A stretch of 64,000 nucleotides of DNA, taken from positions 1 through 64,000 of the forward strand of contig KZ538290.1 in assembly GCA_000934665.2 (NCBI GenBank). Direction: 5' to 3'. This stretch comes from Catajapyx aquilonaris. Its lineage: Eukaryota. Of the stretch, positions 37,572 to 51,991 are shown piece by piece. Made by a program: the position numbers and the translations under genes. The notes beneath the pieces are model-generated. The model did no database searches, was not told the origin of the DNA, and was given only the letters and a program-made list of their open reading frames with translations. How positions within the stretch are numbered: position 1 is the stretch's first letter; the number at the start of each line of letters is the position of its first letter.

Positions 37572-40500
37572 ATAACGAAACATGTCTGCCTGCTCTCAAA
37601 GAACTTTTTTTTCTCATAGTAATTTCAACTCGTTGTAACAACCAACTTCCATCTCCGACAGAACTTGTGCCCTCAATACTGAATGCAAATACACTCCAGT
37701 TCGTGACCAAGACCGATACCTATCCAATGAACCTGTAGGCCAACATTTCTTTCCTTCGTACCATGCTTAGAAATGACTCTCTTTAAGCCCAGCGTCACCC
37801 AAAGAAAGTGTCTCCTACAGATTCCAAGCATCATCTCTCGTCGCAGAGATGCTAAAACGGGTGGTAGCAGACGGGTCATTAGGCAAATGAGTTCCTTCAG
37901 GCCACCTCCACGAAAGGAGAGGAACTAATAACCTGCTGTTGGAGTAGCAAATTCATTGACGAGATTTTCCCCTGAGAATTGAAGTTGGCTGAGAGAGAAA
38001 CAGAGGATGCGGAGAAAAGGTGGCCATTCGTCCTCGTCTAGGCAAGGGCGGTCTTCTTTACTGCACCACTCTGCATTAGAGTCAAATCCCTGCAGACTGA
38101 TTACCATTTTCAAACCATCGGGTGCAAATCCTGTTTATATCCATCTGAAGCAGAAAGGATATGTTGGCCTTGCTCTGTCCACCTGTTTGCATTTTTCATA
38201 TTTTTTTTTATGTATCAGAGCTATATTCAGGTTTGGAGCGTTATTCTTTTTTTGGTACCAGAAAATGAAATGAAAACAGTATTTTACCTGCGAGGCGAAA
38301 TACGTTCGTTAATTGAACATCAGTTTTTTGTGTGTGAGCTCCAGTAAAGGAAAAAGTGTCCCAACTGAAAATATGTACTGTGCGAAAATCGGGAGTCAAT
38401 TCCAAGTGCGTGAGCGATTTTTTAAAACTCAGTTCACTAGATTAATAGTTGGATTCAAAAAAAAGTCCTTGGAGAAACTGATGTAAAAAAAAATCACTCA
38501 TATTGGACCAAAAACCAATCAAAAATCTTTGACAAGTGTGATACATACTTCAATAAGTTTTCCAACTTGAAATTCACAGACGCGCAGTTTCGAAATCCAC
38601 TTGATAAATTCTTGTAACAAAAAAGTGCCCTTGACTAAAGCGGTCATATTGTACCTGCACAATGGCACACGTGTGAATTATTGAAGTCCAATTACGACAT
38701 CCTCCTTTAGTACCAAGAAGCGAAGCGGATGAAGGAACAAGAAAGTGGTCTCTTTGACATCTGAATCAGAATGCAACTCTGAGTCAGACAAGAGAAGCAC
38801 TAATTGCGTTAGGAAGTGCAGAAGGAAAACTGTTGGTTTTAAGCCGGAAAGGAATCGGGTTGTACAAAATGGAGAGAGGAGAATGAGGTCGTTGAGGTCC
38901 ATCTCACGTTGCCGTCCAAAGATTTGGGATGCCGGAGGAGAAGCTGTTGGAAGCTCCTAGCTCAATTAGAGAGTGCGGCCTCCCCAAATGAAAACAGGCA
39001 GTCTTGGGACTCTTTTTCTCGCCCCCCCCCCCTCCTCCCCCACCCTGACAAAATAAAAACTTTGGATCCGCCCCTGTCGCAAACTTTACCCTGATAAGTT
39101 AGACTGGGCTTTACATGGGTTATCCTCGAAGCTTGCGAAGCCCCTGAAACTTTCCTAGTCTGACGTAACTTGTGAAAATGACAGTGGGAAAATTCCATTT
39201 TCATCCTAATGCATTCCACCGTGTTATGCTGCTACACGTTACTAACGGTGTTGAGATGCATATATAATTTTGAACAAGGTCAGACTATTGTTCTGAATGA
39301 CGTTGTTGGATGGAAAAGATGGCAGCATGGCCAGAATGTTTTTGACAATGGGCGATGTTCAGTATTCTTTTTTTTTTAAATTTTACTGCAAATTGTAGGC
39401 AAAATATATAATGCGGATTATGAATATCCGGACAGTATTTATGGTGTTTACTGAATTAGCTGTCATCCTACGTAGTTTCCACGTCATTCCCACGTATTTT
39501 TTTGTAGTTAGTTACAGTACCGTACTGAGGTTCTGTTAAATTAATTAGCGTTTAATTGTACACACTTACACTCCCATTTACTGTAACATGCGGGTTTTTT
39601 TTTCATTTCCATCACACGCATTCATTATCCTAATTTTCGGTTATCCGGACACTTCTCCCGATCCTCTTTAGTCCGGATTGTATACCCACCGTGGTATATA
39701 CTGTACCAATACTAATTTGCGACAATTGACAGTTACATAAAATTCATTTAATATTACTAACACATTGTTCATGTCAGTAACACTCGCTCTCAACATGAAT
39801 TCCACATCAACAAACCAACACTTTTTTTTTTTTAAAACACGCTCTACTTATTTGAACCAATGAAATGCTTTAAAAAATGGTAAAATCCTTACCAATAGTC
39901 AAGTACGACACATGCAATCGCCCTAGTTGAAAAATCGGTCCTTGGTCCGCCAAACCGATCCAGGTGCATGTTCACCTCAACAGAACAAACAGAGCCGCGC
40001 CTATCGATTTTCTCCTTCCATTCGCTGGGCAGCCCTCTACTTTATACAGGTGCAGCATTGTAAGGCAGGTATATACGCCCAGGAATTTTGACTCAGAATA
40101 GTGTTTTTTTAAGGGGGGGTCCAGAATAGCAATCCAGCTGGAGAAGGTACCTTCTACTCAGACCCATGGGAAAACGACGGTCTGGGGAAACTGGGGAGGA
40201 CACGTTAAGCAGAGTAATTATGTCAACAACACAGGGAATGCAAAGAGGTTCTTGCTTAGAGGTACCACATTTAATGCGATCAAAGGACACATGCGGCGAA
40301 TATATATGAGATGCATGAGTCTTCTGGACATCTAATAGTATTATGGGTCATTTCTCGACGTTGCTACCCGAAACTCCCAGAGCGGTAGTGTCACTCATAA
40401 GATATGAAGTATTTACCTGCAGGTGGGAACTGGGGCAATTCAATTACGGACTTTTTTTTATGCAGGTCCTTGCCCATTTCGCAACTTTATGAACTCACAC

Positions 40501-41851
40501 ACTTTCATTACAGAGGCGTGAATTTATAGTGCATGCGAGAAAATACGCACTAGTGTGTAATTTTATGGTAAAGTGCAAATTGAAGCGGCAAATTTTCATT
40601 TGCAAAATAATAGTAATATAGCAATAAACTGTGCGGTAATTATAATCATTCATAAAGGGACGAAATCCAGTGTGCAAAATCAGCATTCGGATGTATCACT
40701 TTTCTATAGCCAGTTTACACGGACCACAAATAGTTCTGAAAAAACATGTTAAGAACGGACCATCAGGCCTTGATCAGTTTATCGCGTCAAGTCATTCAAT
40801 TGAGATCCTCCAGGAGGTTAGCAATCGCATTAAAGTGCTGCTGGGCCCTTCCGTCCGCTGGTAATTCTCTTGGCCGCCGTCATGTCTAAGCAATTTTTCC
40901 TCCAGAAGTCGATAACATTCGTCGACATTTGTGAGGGCCGGATATAGCCCCCGCACTCTCGGATACAGTGGCACCCCTGCCGATACACCGAGATTAAATT
41001 CCAAGATGGGGCCCCCTCTGTTATATTTCTGGTCATTATTTTTGCACACGTGATTAAACTTTCAAATCTGGGTTTCGCCTGGATTAATCTAGAATCTCCG
41101 TCCTAAGGAAAGATCGATATCTTGTAACATATTTCAAGACCATGAAGTGCACGCAAAGGCGCTCGCTTCTCTCCTTATCTCATTCAAGTTGAAGTAGTTG
41201 GTGTATGAGGCCAGCCCCAATTTCTCTTAATGAAGTTTGGGAAATGGCCACACAACCACGTGCGAAATGACTCGCCAGCTTCAAATAAGAAAAAAGAGAG
41301 ACAGAGAAAAAAAAATATGAATCCCAAGAGTCTACGGTCCTTTTCTGACCAACCAACATCGTGCCATTTTCTGAAGTTCATTTCTTGCGTTTCACCTTCC
41401 ATTACGCCTCGGCAAATTGGTTTCAGTTTATCTCCGAATCCACCGCGTTGTGAAATAGGATTTTTCGCCATCTGCTTTCTGAACGGCGTGGGATTGTTTG
41501 GCCTGTTTCGAGCACCACGACTAATTCCATCTCTCTAGTTATTATCTCCCAGCAGAAACCGACCAGGCCTCGGATGAACTTTGACGTATTGCAATCCTGT
41601 TGACACTATTAGACGATCACTGAGTCATTTTATCCAACCTTGTCAAATTCTGTCTGGTCCAACAGATTGGCTTAGACATTTGCTCACTCGTGATAGATCA
41701 GTCCAGCGAACATGGGTCTGACATCCTTAAAGTGCAGTTGACTGCGTAAATCAGCCAATCCTATAGAAAGTCAAAAAGTACCGTCTGTAACAAATGACTA
41801 ACATTCACAATATTACCATTCTAAAGTTGTAAAGACCCGTAATTTTTGCTA

Positions 41852-42210
41852 CACCCCATTACGCCCCCTTGCATTATGCCGTTTCCCATTTAGCCGCAGT
41901 GTTATCTTGCCGTCGCCATATATTGCCGCTTCGCGGAAGACCGAATGTGGCAGGAGTACGCTGTACCAACATAACCTAACCTAACCTTGCTTGCTTGCGG
42001 ATACAGCCCTATCTTCAGTGGATACAGGCCTATTTCAGCGGATAGAGGCTTTTTCCCCCGTCACGACTCCGCATTGCATTTCGGAGAATCTATGCATCTT
42101 CGTGTGTCAGTGCCGCAGGCGGCGAATGGCGAAGGCGGCGAATGGGAATGAATCATCGGCGGCGATTATGGGGGCGGCAAATCGAAAGACGGCGAAATGG
42201 GGGTGATACC
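41852..42210. mobile_element. Non-autonomous TIR element with subterminal GCCG/CGGC repeats and an AACCT tract
   Basis: CACCCCATTACGCC...GGCGAAATGGGGGTG inverted ends; repeated gccg on the left and ggcg on the right; aacctaacctaacct inside. Confidence 0.6.
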
Positions 42211-44353
42211 ATATTTTTACCTCATTTTTTAAAAAATGTGGCTTTATAAATTGCTTGAAATCGTGTGACCTACAACAAACTTCAAACTAAGCTTTTCCCA
42301 AATTGTGCCTAGCGGATAACTAGTCCACAATACCAAGAAGCCCTTAAAAACACACACGCCCAGGAGGTCATTAACTTGTTTCCCTCACCGGATATCACTC
42401 CTTTTAGCATTTGGAGCGATAAAACTGGTGCGCAATCGTCATTAAAGAGTGGTAGATAGCACCTCACATCGGCTATAAAGGTAGATCTACCCTAAAATGA
42501 GGCCTTGCTCCATGCTTCGATAAGTTCGTAAAAAAAAAAAGGTGCCAACGCTTCAGGTCACGGAATGTGAGGTCAGCCCACGCAGAACTAGTAGAAACAT
42601 GCTCAACCTCCGATAGTGGACAATAAGTCCAGAAAAGTATAGTTCTTCTGCAAAAAAAAAAAAGTTTCGTCGTCTTAATTGAGTCCCCTTCTTCAGGGAT
42701 GTTCGCAGGAAGAGGATGAAAGCGAGCAAGCACACAATGCTTTCCCGCCATTAAAGGCTGCCAAGCGAGCAAGCTCTTTGTGAAATGAAAAATAAAGCAA
42801 GCGGGGAGCAAAAGAGCGCTTCTTTAGGGGGGGAGGGGGGGGGGGCACAAGGAAAATAAAATTACTGGCTGGAGGAACAAAAGGGCTAGGGATAATGTTG
42901 GCAATGAACGTCAAGTAAAATTCAAAGTGTTATTTTTTTGGGCCGGATATAATGACAAATATTAGTACACTGATATGAAATCGGGGGGATACCGGCTTAC
43001 CTTTTATGTGGTCGTTTCTAGGCCAAATTATTTGGTGCTGGACACACTTTTACTTTCCACAAAATCGTCGTCCTTAATGACCGACAGGGAAATTGTGTTT
43101 CGGTTTATTTCTCGTGCTGCAGTTCGTAAATTTCCTGTCTGCTAGACAGAATTGCTTTCTACCTCCGAGTTTCCTTCTTGGGAAATAACCACCTGTCGGG
43201 ATGGCCCCTGACGTCACCACCAGACATTCGCCTTTTTGCATTTTTTTTTCACTTGCTTTCCTTACAAAGCAGCTAGAGTAGTTCCGTGCACAAAAACTTC
43301 TACAGGGTATGCACAAAAAAAAATCGTTTCCGTTTTCGTGCGAATGTGCCAAGCTTGAACCGCTTTCAATCCCATTTCTTATTTGGAACCTGGAAACAAC
43401 TGTCATGTAAGAGACAAATCAGCAGTCGTCGTAACTGTCACGAACAAACCTGGTGATTTACTCCCATTAAGAACGGACACGCAGAGTATTAACTACGTGT
43501 CTTTTTTAGCAAACGCAAATTGTCATGGTAATATATTACGGCCTATAAGTGTAGAGTCGCAACTTAATTAGTACTGCAGTTAACTCAAAGCAGTATACAT
43601 CAGTGTCGATACCAATTACAGTACCTTTCTGTTAAACATAATGATAAAACCAATGGAAAAAAATTATGCGGTTTTGTACACCATCGTATTGAAATATGTA
43701 TGCCTGCAATTTCGGGATTGAACTGGCAGTGCCATATAGCTAGGCCGCAACGCATATGTAACATGAATCCTGCATGAAATAATAGGATATTCAACCACGT
43801 CGGGGATATATTAGAAGCCATCTATTCAGCACGGTACAGTGCGTCATCACCATCATCATGACTGTCATTCAATATTAGCTGAGAATTTTGAACTAGAGTC
43901 GTCCTGACGCGACACGTCGAGGGTACATCACATTCAATTTCATATCATTGGAGCGACACTTCCTAAACGCAAATAGTCACAAACGTCGTAGCTCGGAAGA
44001 TTAACACTTGAGATGAAGAGCACATTGCTCCCATGCGCACCTTTGAAATGTTCATGCCACATAAAATGTGATATACGAGAGATGCAACATCCAACCAGTC
44101 ACAAGTAGAGCTGGAATTAACAATCTCACTGCAAAACAAAACTGATCAACTCGGGAATACCGCTTGACCAATAAACCGTGAGTGGGATTTTAGGCAGGCC
44201 ACAATGCCAGGACCTCACAATTCACACACGTGGACAGTGTGGTAAATCTCTCCTCATTATTCACGATCGAATTTCCTGATTACGCTATGCACCGCAAAAT
44301 TATCCAGGTATAATTACGTTCGCACCTAATTAACGCTTTTGTTCCATTTGCAG

Positions 44354-44485
44354 GAGACTCTTGCCATCCTTATCAACCCTTCAAATGCCCTGGAGACGGC
44401 ATCTGCATCTCTATCCAATACCTTTGCGATGGAGCGCCGGACTGTCCTGATGGATACGACGAAGATTCTCGGTTGTGTACGGCAG
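44354..44485 (+). CDS. PROH4: Prohormone-4 coding exon 2 (LDL-receptor class A module)
   Basis: CTAAT branch site and ttgcag acceptor; translates (G)DSCHPYQPFKCPGDGICISIQYLCDGAPDCPDGYDEDSRLCTA, a 6-Cys LDLa module with DCxDGxDE; donor G|GTAAG; frame is continuous with exon 1. Confidence 0.97.
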
Positions 44486-47400
44486 GTAAGACCTACTTAC
44501 TGTTAGTTCTTCAGACACCCTTGCCACGCCTGTAGTTATAAATAACTTCCAAGTTAGCATTGGCTCATTTTTTTGCAGCGATTATCGATTATCAACAACA
44601 CGGAACAGAAAAATAATTATAAGCGAGACCATTAATTATAATTAACTATACATGAAATCGATAAAACTTGAGGAGTTTCTGTGATATAATGAGAAGGACA
44701 TCCTGGAGGCCATGGTGTTTAGCGGAGAGATAAGACAGCTATGCATGAACTCTGCACCAAAGGGGTAGGATAATGCGTGAAACTTACAACTGCAGTCTTA
44801 TCATTTCACGCGAGCACTTTCCTTAATTGTAGGAATAACTTACTGTTAAATCTCTTTACAAACACGCGTTTCTCAATTTGCTAATTGCGCAGTACGTGAA
44901 TGCTATGTACAGTATACTATTGGAAGTTCTATAAGATTTTCTCACAGTATTAGATGGTATAGCGGATTGTTTTTGCCAGGCTGCATAATTTAATTCGTAA
45001 TGTCCTGTTCGCCGGAAGATCATTCATTCCATGCTTTGTAACACAAAGCTACTGAACAATGCACAGTCCATTTACAAGCTTTGCCATGAAATACAATGAT
45101 ATTATTGATATATACTATGTGGGTTTGTTCCAGCAGAACGTGCTCTGTCGGGCCTGTTTTATGTCATGGTCAGGTTTCGAGTTTTTGGAGCAAGAACCTT
45201 GCTCCTGTGATAGCCAGCGTGCACATAACACCTGGGTTTACGAACAGTCCAGGATGTATGCTTCTCACGATATCTCTAGCTTGATACAGGACCTCTACAT
45301 TGTTCAGCGTACTGTAAATGCTGAGAAATTTTTGCGCGACCAGTTTCGAAATGCCATATGGGCATGTCGGAATGTGCAGCTAAGAATGAATTCTAGCTAT
45401 CCTTAGATTTTGACAAAGACATGCATTTTTCCACCTCATTATCACACATCATATGACACGAAGTTCCTGTAGACACGCAGTTACGTAATCACACCTTGAC
45501 CCGTAAAATGTCTTGTAACAAGAATAAGAACAAAAAGGTTTGTTGAAGAACAAGACAATTGGTTAAGTTTCCTTGCAGATATCCTTCCTCCGTGCCAAGT
45601 TTTGCCAATAGATACCTTCACTCTCGTTTCCTGATGAGATTTCCACTCCGGTTAAATTATTTGCTATCCCGTTTCTCGTGTAATAAGAAGAGACTGGGGG
45701 GTCCTCTTGAAACAAGGCTTTCTCCTTCCAAAGTTTTGGTTCTTCTTTTGATTTCCCTTGAGAGAAGTATGCATTCGGTGGTCATCCAGGTGCCGAATAT
45801 TCAAAGCGAACGACAATCTGAGACTCTCAATAAGTTCTAGTTCTTTCTGAACAAAGGACTGAGGTCAAAGTACTCCTTTCGTGCTTCATTTCAGTATAAT
45901 GAGTCCAGATGAAATGTTGGCATTTAAAACAATAGAAGTGTTAGTGCACTTGAACGAATCAATATCATACTTCGCATGACCCCATCCTTCGTGTCATAGC
46001 GAAAATTGTGACTAGTTCGTATTTCATACGTAAGCAAGTAAGCACATCGTTATAGTGTATTTAATGCGGAATGAATTTATTGCATGCCTCAACGTTCTTG
46101 AATACAGACCAATGGCAACCGCGTGTCCTTTATTAACTATGAAGTATGTTGCACGGGAGAGAAATTCCAACCGCTGACAACAAAGGCTCAGGGAATAATG
46201 GGTGCCTTGCTCTTCATGCCCTGTTGACGTCATTCCTTCATTATACCCTAAGTCTTTGAAGATGTACGGAAGTAGTTCCGTCTGTGCAATTGAATTAAGC
46301 AGCCATAAGGAACGCTTACGTCATATCCAGCTAAAATCCTGCGCATCTATCACATTTCAAAGGTTTTTAGTCGCCTACGTTCAACTAACGACATGTAGAT
46401 TAACCGCTGGTGCCTCTAGTTAGAGCTAGATCAAATGACACACAAAAAAGGGAAAGGAAGTGGAACACACGCACATGCAGCGCGTGTTGGCACGCAAGTG
46501 CACACCGTGACTTGTGATTAGCATCGACCCCATTGACCATACGTCGGAGGATATGCAGTACTTGTCGCAATTCGCATTAGTCTAAAGGCCTTAAATTCCA
46601 ACCAAATGTGCTGCTACGTAATAATAAAAAAGTACCAATCTGTTGCATTTTCCATTCACATTTTATACAACCTCACTTATGATTACAGAATGAAACTATA
46701 CGACCGGTTGGACATTTTAAGCCTCGTGCTACAGTACCTTTTAACGGAAATCTATTTCCATAGGTAACACTCGGTACAGTGTTGCAAATTATGATAAAAA
46801 GTGGACAATTCATTCTTCCATATTGCGATTCTACACAGAATGTAAATGCAATTACCCTCTTTTCAACACCAACTAATAATATTTAATAATTATATACTCA
46901 TTGAAATGTGAGACTGTTTGACGGCATATACGTGAGTGGTGGCAGTAAATGAAATGGTAAAATGAGCACGTCCAATGTAGATTCAGAGCTCATCCTTATT
47001 AATCGGAACGAGAGAAAAGCATGGGAGATCACAAATGTAGGAAGTTGGCTTATGATGTGAGTCCCCAACTCGGTGGGGAGGCTGCATGTCACAGGCAGGT
47101 ATTAAATGTGCAGTATGGCTGCATGGAAACCGCACTATGTGCTTTTGTCTAACACAGACCTGCCATTCAGGCCACCTGCAGTGCCATTCTCAACTTTACA
47201 GGACGGATGAATGCCGGATTGCAGCAGCATGAATTACTTGGCCATATGTATTTTTTTTTAGAGAGACTCACCCTGAGGCTGGACTTCATTACCATACTTG
47301 CAAACAAAATAGTTAGGGAAATTACATTGCTGCCGCACTAAATCAACACTGTGTGTGCAAACTGCAGGTTCATCACTTATTTACGTGCCGCCAGAAATAT

Positions 47401-48971
47401 GGTGGAACTCTTTTGTGTGCAACATTATTATTCAGAATGAAAATCCAATTAGCACTTTTCTTTATATGCTAAAAGCGCTATCAGGCCCACCTTTCTCTCT
47501 TTTTTTATATTTGAAAAATAGATTTGACGGTACTCAAAAGAACTGTAAAAAAAGAGAAATAAACCGCAGGTGGCTTTACCGCCAGCTGGGGCTGGCTTCG
47601 GCGCACTTGCGATTTGGTTTTATCGAAAATCGCAAGGGAAAACAAACTTCAAGAAAGGCCTTTGAGTGCGCAAACTTTTCACCTAATACTCCCCGGAAAA
47701 TTAGGCATGAATGCGTCACTACTTGCATCTGGTTATCGATTATTTCACAGCCTCGAAAACTACCTATTGAACTAAACAACTGAACCTTAATTTTGCATAT
47801 AATCATAGTAACCTGAATATTAACTCATCTGGTGAGTGGGCCGAAAATTTGGAAACGTAGGTAGTGTGTAGGCGTCTAGTGTAGGTTGAACTGTCACCTA
47901 CTCTGGCTTGAAGATATTATCGTGCTATTTTTGTGTGTAATATTAGTTGCTATTTTAGACCACTGTAATTAACGTTAGACTTTAGGCCAACTTGGTTGGA
48001 TATAATGCTTCTATCTACTTAGACGTAATCTGAAGCTATCCTTTGTGATATTAGGGTCTAAAAGTGGCTGCTTTCACAACAAAGCTGAGCTTGGTTTATA
48101 CCAACCAAGGAGCTGTCTTTGCGGAAAATGCAATATTGCAAGATGCAACGGACACAGGCAGACTGATGGCTTTTGTTCCTCTGAGAGGGAAAACTTTTAT
48201 GATTGTGCCATAAACCTGAACTTGAGTAAACTTGTTTACAGCTCCGTTCTATTGGGTATAGGAATTGGAAGGGTTACCTACAGTATTGTAGGGCAAGGTC
48301 GCAATAATGAAAAAATTTTATGCGATTCACACGATATTATTACTCAGACCTAATTTGATACTATTTAATTGGACTTTTATGGCCCACATTTTCCCGAACT
48401 GTGAATCAAAAACTCGAGTAAGTTCAGTCTCTTATACTGTATACTTTTTTTTCGAAATAAGTTTGAAAATTATTTTTATGTATCACTGTAGGATTCTTTG
48501 AACGAGCAACATCATACACTACGCCATTTTCAAGCTGCTCATTGCCTGCAAAATAGTAACTCAATATGGTTACTATAAATAATTACCGAACAGACGTCCG
48601 TGGACCGTGGTAATAGACTTCGAGATCCGAAACGTTTGGAATCAAGCTACATGGAATCGACATCATAAATCTCACAGTGTGGGATATCTAGTTTTAACCC
48701 AAACGTTCTAATTGTGCATCCTATCACTTGTCTACCTTGGCGCATTTTGACCCTTGTCCTATTGGTCCATTCAATAATTACACCGTAAGAAGCTCGAGGG
48801 TTTTATATGACACAAAAGTGGTGCTTTTCATTACCATGTGTTTCAGTGTGGCAATTAACTTAATTACATTTAAACTATATCGTCGGCTATTTATTTGCAG
48901 GTTTTAGTTTATAAACACTAAGTTTTTCACAAAAAACCGTTCAAGTTGTGATCGAGAGATGGCAGTTAATA

Positions 48972-49180
48972 CAGGGAGTCTCAACTTTTTTGTCCGATCA
49001 GTTATCAGAAAAGCCTATGTATCTTCTAAGTATGTAGCCAGAATATGCCCCAACATTTCTGGCACATCCCTCAACTGTTGAGGGATGTGCCAGGAATGTT
49101 GGGGCATATTCTGGATACATAGCTAGAAGATACATAGGCTTTTCCGATAACTGATCGGACCAAAAAGTTGAGACTCCCTG
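48972..49180. mobile_element. Fully palindromic Tc1/mariner-type MITE
   Basis: TA|CAGGGAGTCTCAAC...GTTGAGACTCCCTG|TA; about 104-bp arms around a 1-nt centre (ccctcaac t gttgaggg). Confidence 0.92.
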
Positions 49181-49278
49181 TATATTCATATTTCAAGCAA
49201 AAGAACTTACATTGTTTGAAATGCAAATTGCCAATATACACTTCCTTCCCATAATAATAAGTCTCTGTCATTTTTCAG

Positions 49279-49431
49279 CAAAACGACCCCCGGTAGAAGA
49301 AACAGCCAGCTTTCTTCAGTCCCTTCTGGCCGGCCATGGCCCAAACTACCTTGAGAAGCTCTTCGGAAACAAAGCTCGAGACGCACTGGCCCCCCTGGGC
49401 GGAGTGGAGAAGGTGGCAATTGCACTCTCTG
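49279..49431 (+). CDS. PROH4: Prohormone-4 coding exon 3
   Basis: tttttcag acceptor; (A)KRPPVEETASFLQSLLAGHGPNYLEKLFGNKARDALAPLGGVEKVAIALS, typical of the family; donor G|GTAAG. Confidence 0.97.
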
Positions 49432-51537
49432 GTAAGCACCACAACAACCCATGTGTAACATAATCTATTTAGACAGAGAAGACACTGCTATTCATTAGAG
49501 GCCACTAATTAGTCACAAATAATGCACTACAGTACACCACGAAACGTTTGGCCACGTATTTCCAGTTATAGGCTTCCCCCCTCCTGAAACACAACACACA
49601 AAATAAAGTCCAATTAGCATAATGCGGCAGATGAGGCCAGCAATTAAAGTTTCATGGCATCATGTGTTGGAGAGTCGGCTAACACATGATACATTGGATT
49701 TGCGACTCTGCTCGTTGGTCCAAAAAGAAAATTTTGCGACCTTTCAGGTGTGAAAATCATGGGATGATTAATATTCAGCACCCTGTGCCTGTCTGTTCAT
49801 CATCCGAGCTGTAATATGGTCATGCAAGACGCAAACTGAGGTGACGCGGGACATAGGCTACCGGGCGTCAATTAGCGCTCTCGTTCATTAATTAGCAAAC
49901 TTGTAACTTTATTTATTTATTAATTTTCCTAGGGGCGGACAGTAGCTTATCATTTTACCCGATTTGTCCGTCGGAGTGATTTCATTTCGAAAGCAATCTC
50001 TGCCAACCCCGAACGTCCTAATTAATCCTCGGGACTCGACGCCATGCCAGAATCTGCCAACACTAATCACGGTTATGTGGCATTGACTACGATTCATATT
50101 TTCATTCGACGCTCGGTACAACCGGGAATTCTTGTCAACCTTCCTTTATCGCCCGTTCACTCTTAGCTAGCTTCATCTGATATAAATTGCCGGCAATGGT
50201 TAATTTGGCAACAACTGATCCGAATATGCAACTCCTCACAGTGGTAAAATAACTTATAACTTCATACTAGTAACCATTTTGAGAGATGCACTGCATTTTT
50301 TTTTTACAAAAAAATGACCATACTCCCGGATAGCTAACCACACCGTAGCAATTTACTGCAAAGAGCTATGAGTTATAATTTAAAAGCACCCGCGTTACAG
50401 CTGCCATCAAACCACATTTTTTTGCCCTTTTCAGAGTGATAGGTCAGTGAAAAAAGGCAAATGTTGGAAGGACGTTCATTTCGCATGCCGAGTCACGACT
50501 AAACTGATGCCAAAATTATTCTCCCAACTAGGGTTCTGCAAATTGTAGCAGCCTTTGCCAAAATATAGGTGACGGTGCTTCATGTTTAGGTGAAGCCCAG
50601 CCGTTGGCTATATACGTGACTTTCTTGCGCGATTGAAAAACGCAGTTGGGTATTCTGGTATGGCTTTATTTCCCCGTAGAGAGGTATTAAAAGTCGGACC
50701 CGTTTCTTAATGCAATTTTCCGTGTTGGTTCACTGCTGGATGCATGTTTGCAGGCTCATTTGCAAAGCCCAGTCGAATCGCTGTTCGGGGATCAATTGGC
50801 GCTCAACTATTGGAAGCGAGGTTTCCACATGGGTAATGAATTTGTTTATTTGCTAAAGTGACAAATATTCGTAACTGGCAATCATACAGTTGCGGATGCA
50901 CACCCAGGGTGAAAAACAGTTGCCACCATGAATACAGTATATGGTGTGGTGGAACAGTCAACATTAAAGGTGCATGTATCGTTGTTACACCTTACTATAC
51001 ATATCACGGGCAATTAATCCGGGCGCTCTCTGCATACAGTGTGTTGTTGGTTTAAAAATTGATCCTCTGCAAATGTATACGAGCCCGTCATGCGACTGCC
51101 AGTGATGGTACCAATTACGCCTTAAGTAAACAATGCGTACAACACTACCATTCATGGAACACTTAATCATCTAAGATCTAAAACTTATCCTAAATATTAC
51201 AGTAGCAATAAGGATGGTCATCTGACAAGCTATTTCATTAAAATAAGACATTCGCCATTTTAAATGTTATTCACCTGGAAACTGTTGCACTTAGGCCTAA
51301 GATACACCACATTATAAAATCAGCCCTTGTTAAAACATTTTGCAAATTTCCGGCCCTTGCTAGAATCACTCTCCTTCTAATATAACTATCTGACGGCAAC
51401 TCCAACATTTACATAATATGCAAACACTAACATAACAACTGGGGTAGACCATACCTTAAAATATTTGCTACAGTTCTCTCGCTGAGTCTGAGGCTTACCT
51501 AGTGCAATTTGTTTTTTTTGTGGTTCTTGAATTATAG

Positions 51538-51731
51538 AATCCCAAACTATCGAAGACTTTGGCGCGGCCCTCCATTTGATGCGCTCCGACCTGGAACATC
51601 TTCGCTCGGTATTCATGGCAGTGGAAAACGGCGACCTGGGAATGCTAAAGAGCTTGGGCATCAAGGACTCTGAGCTGGGCGACGTCAAGTTCTTCCTGGA
51701 GAAGCTGGTTAACACCGGATTCCTGGACTGA
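51538..51731 (+). CDS. PROH4: Prohormone-4 terminal coding exon 4
   Basis: T-rich tract and tatag acceptor; (E)SQTIEDFGAALHLMRSDLEHLRSVFMAVENGDLGMLKSLGIKDSELGDVKFFLEKLVNTGFLD*; spliced CDS is 606 nt = 201 aa + TGA. Confidence 0.97.
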
Positions 51732-51985
51732 GCATCCTCGCTTTTGACCACCACACCCCCCACCATGACCTCGAAGACGACCCACAGCCTACCTTCACGA
51801 CGACGCCCACCATCATCACGATCATGAAGCCGGTATGACCCACACGGTGAATCCTCCATCGGACTCTTAACAGTTATTCTGGATAGTATTTTTTGCCCAT
51901 GCCCACACCTTTTCTCCCAGCCCACCCTATTCTTGGCGGCTCTTTTTCTCTCCTTTAGTTTCACCCTTCAAGGAAATTTCACCTC

Positions 51986-51991
51986 AATAAA
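51986..51991 (+). terminator. Candidate polyadenylation signal of prohormone-4
   Basis: AATAAA about 255 nt after the stop, followed by a GT/T-rich downstream tract (ttcgtttgtttttgt). Confidence 0.55.

Noticed and set aside
37673..38960. Coding-like patches faintly resembling DUF4806-type transposon ORFs
   Set aside because: Fragments lie on opposite strands with many stops; similarity is too weak without a search.
51729..51830. Possible stop-codon readthrough of prohormone-4
   Set aside because: TGA-G is not the leaky TGA-C context, and the extension is low-complexity.
51386..51964. 192-aa minus-strand ORF, the longest in the track
   Set aside because: Antisense shadow of prohormone-4 exon 4 and its C-rich 3' UTR; no recognisable features.
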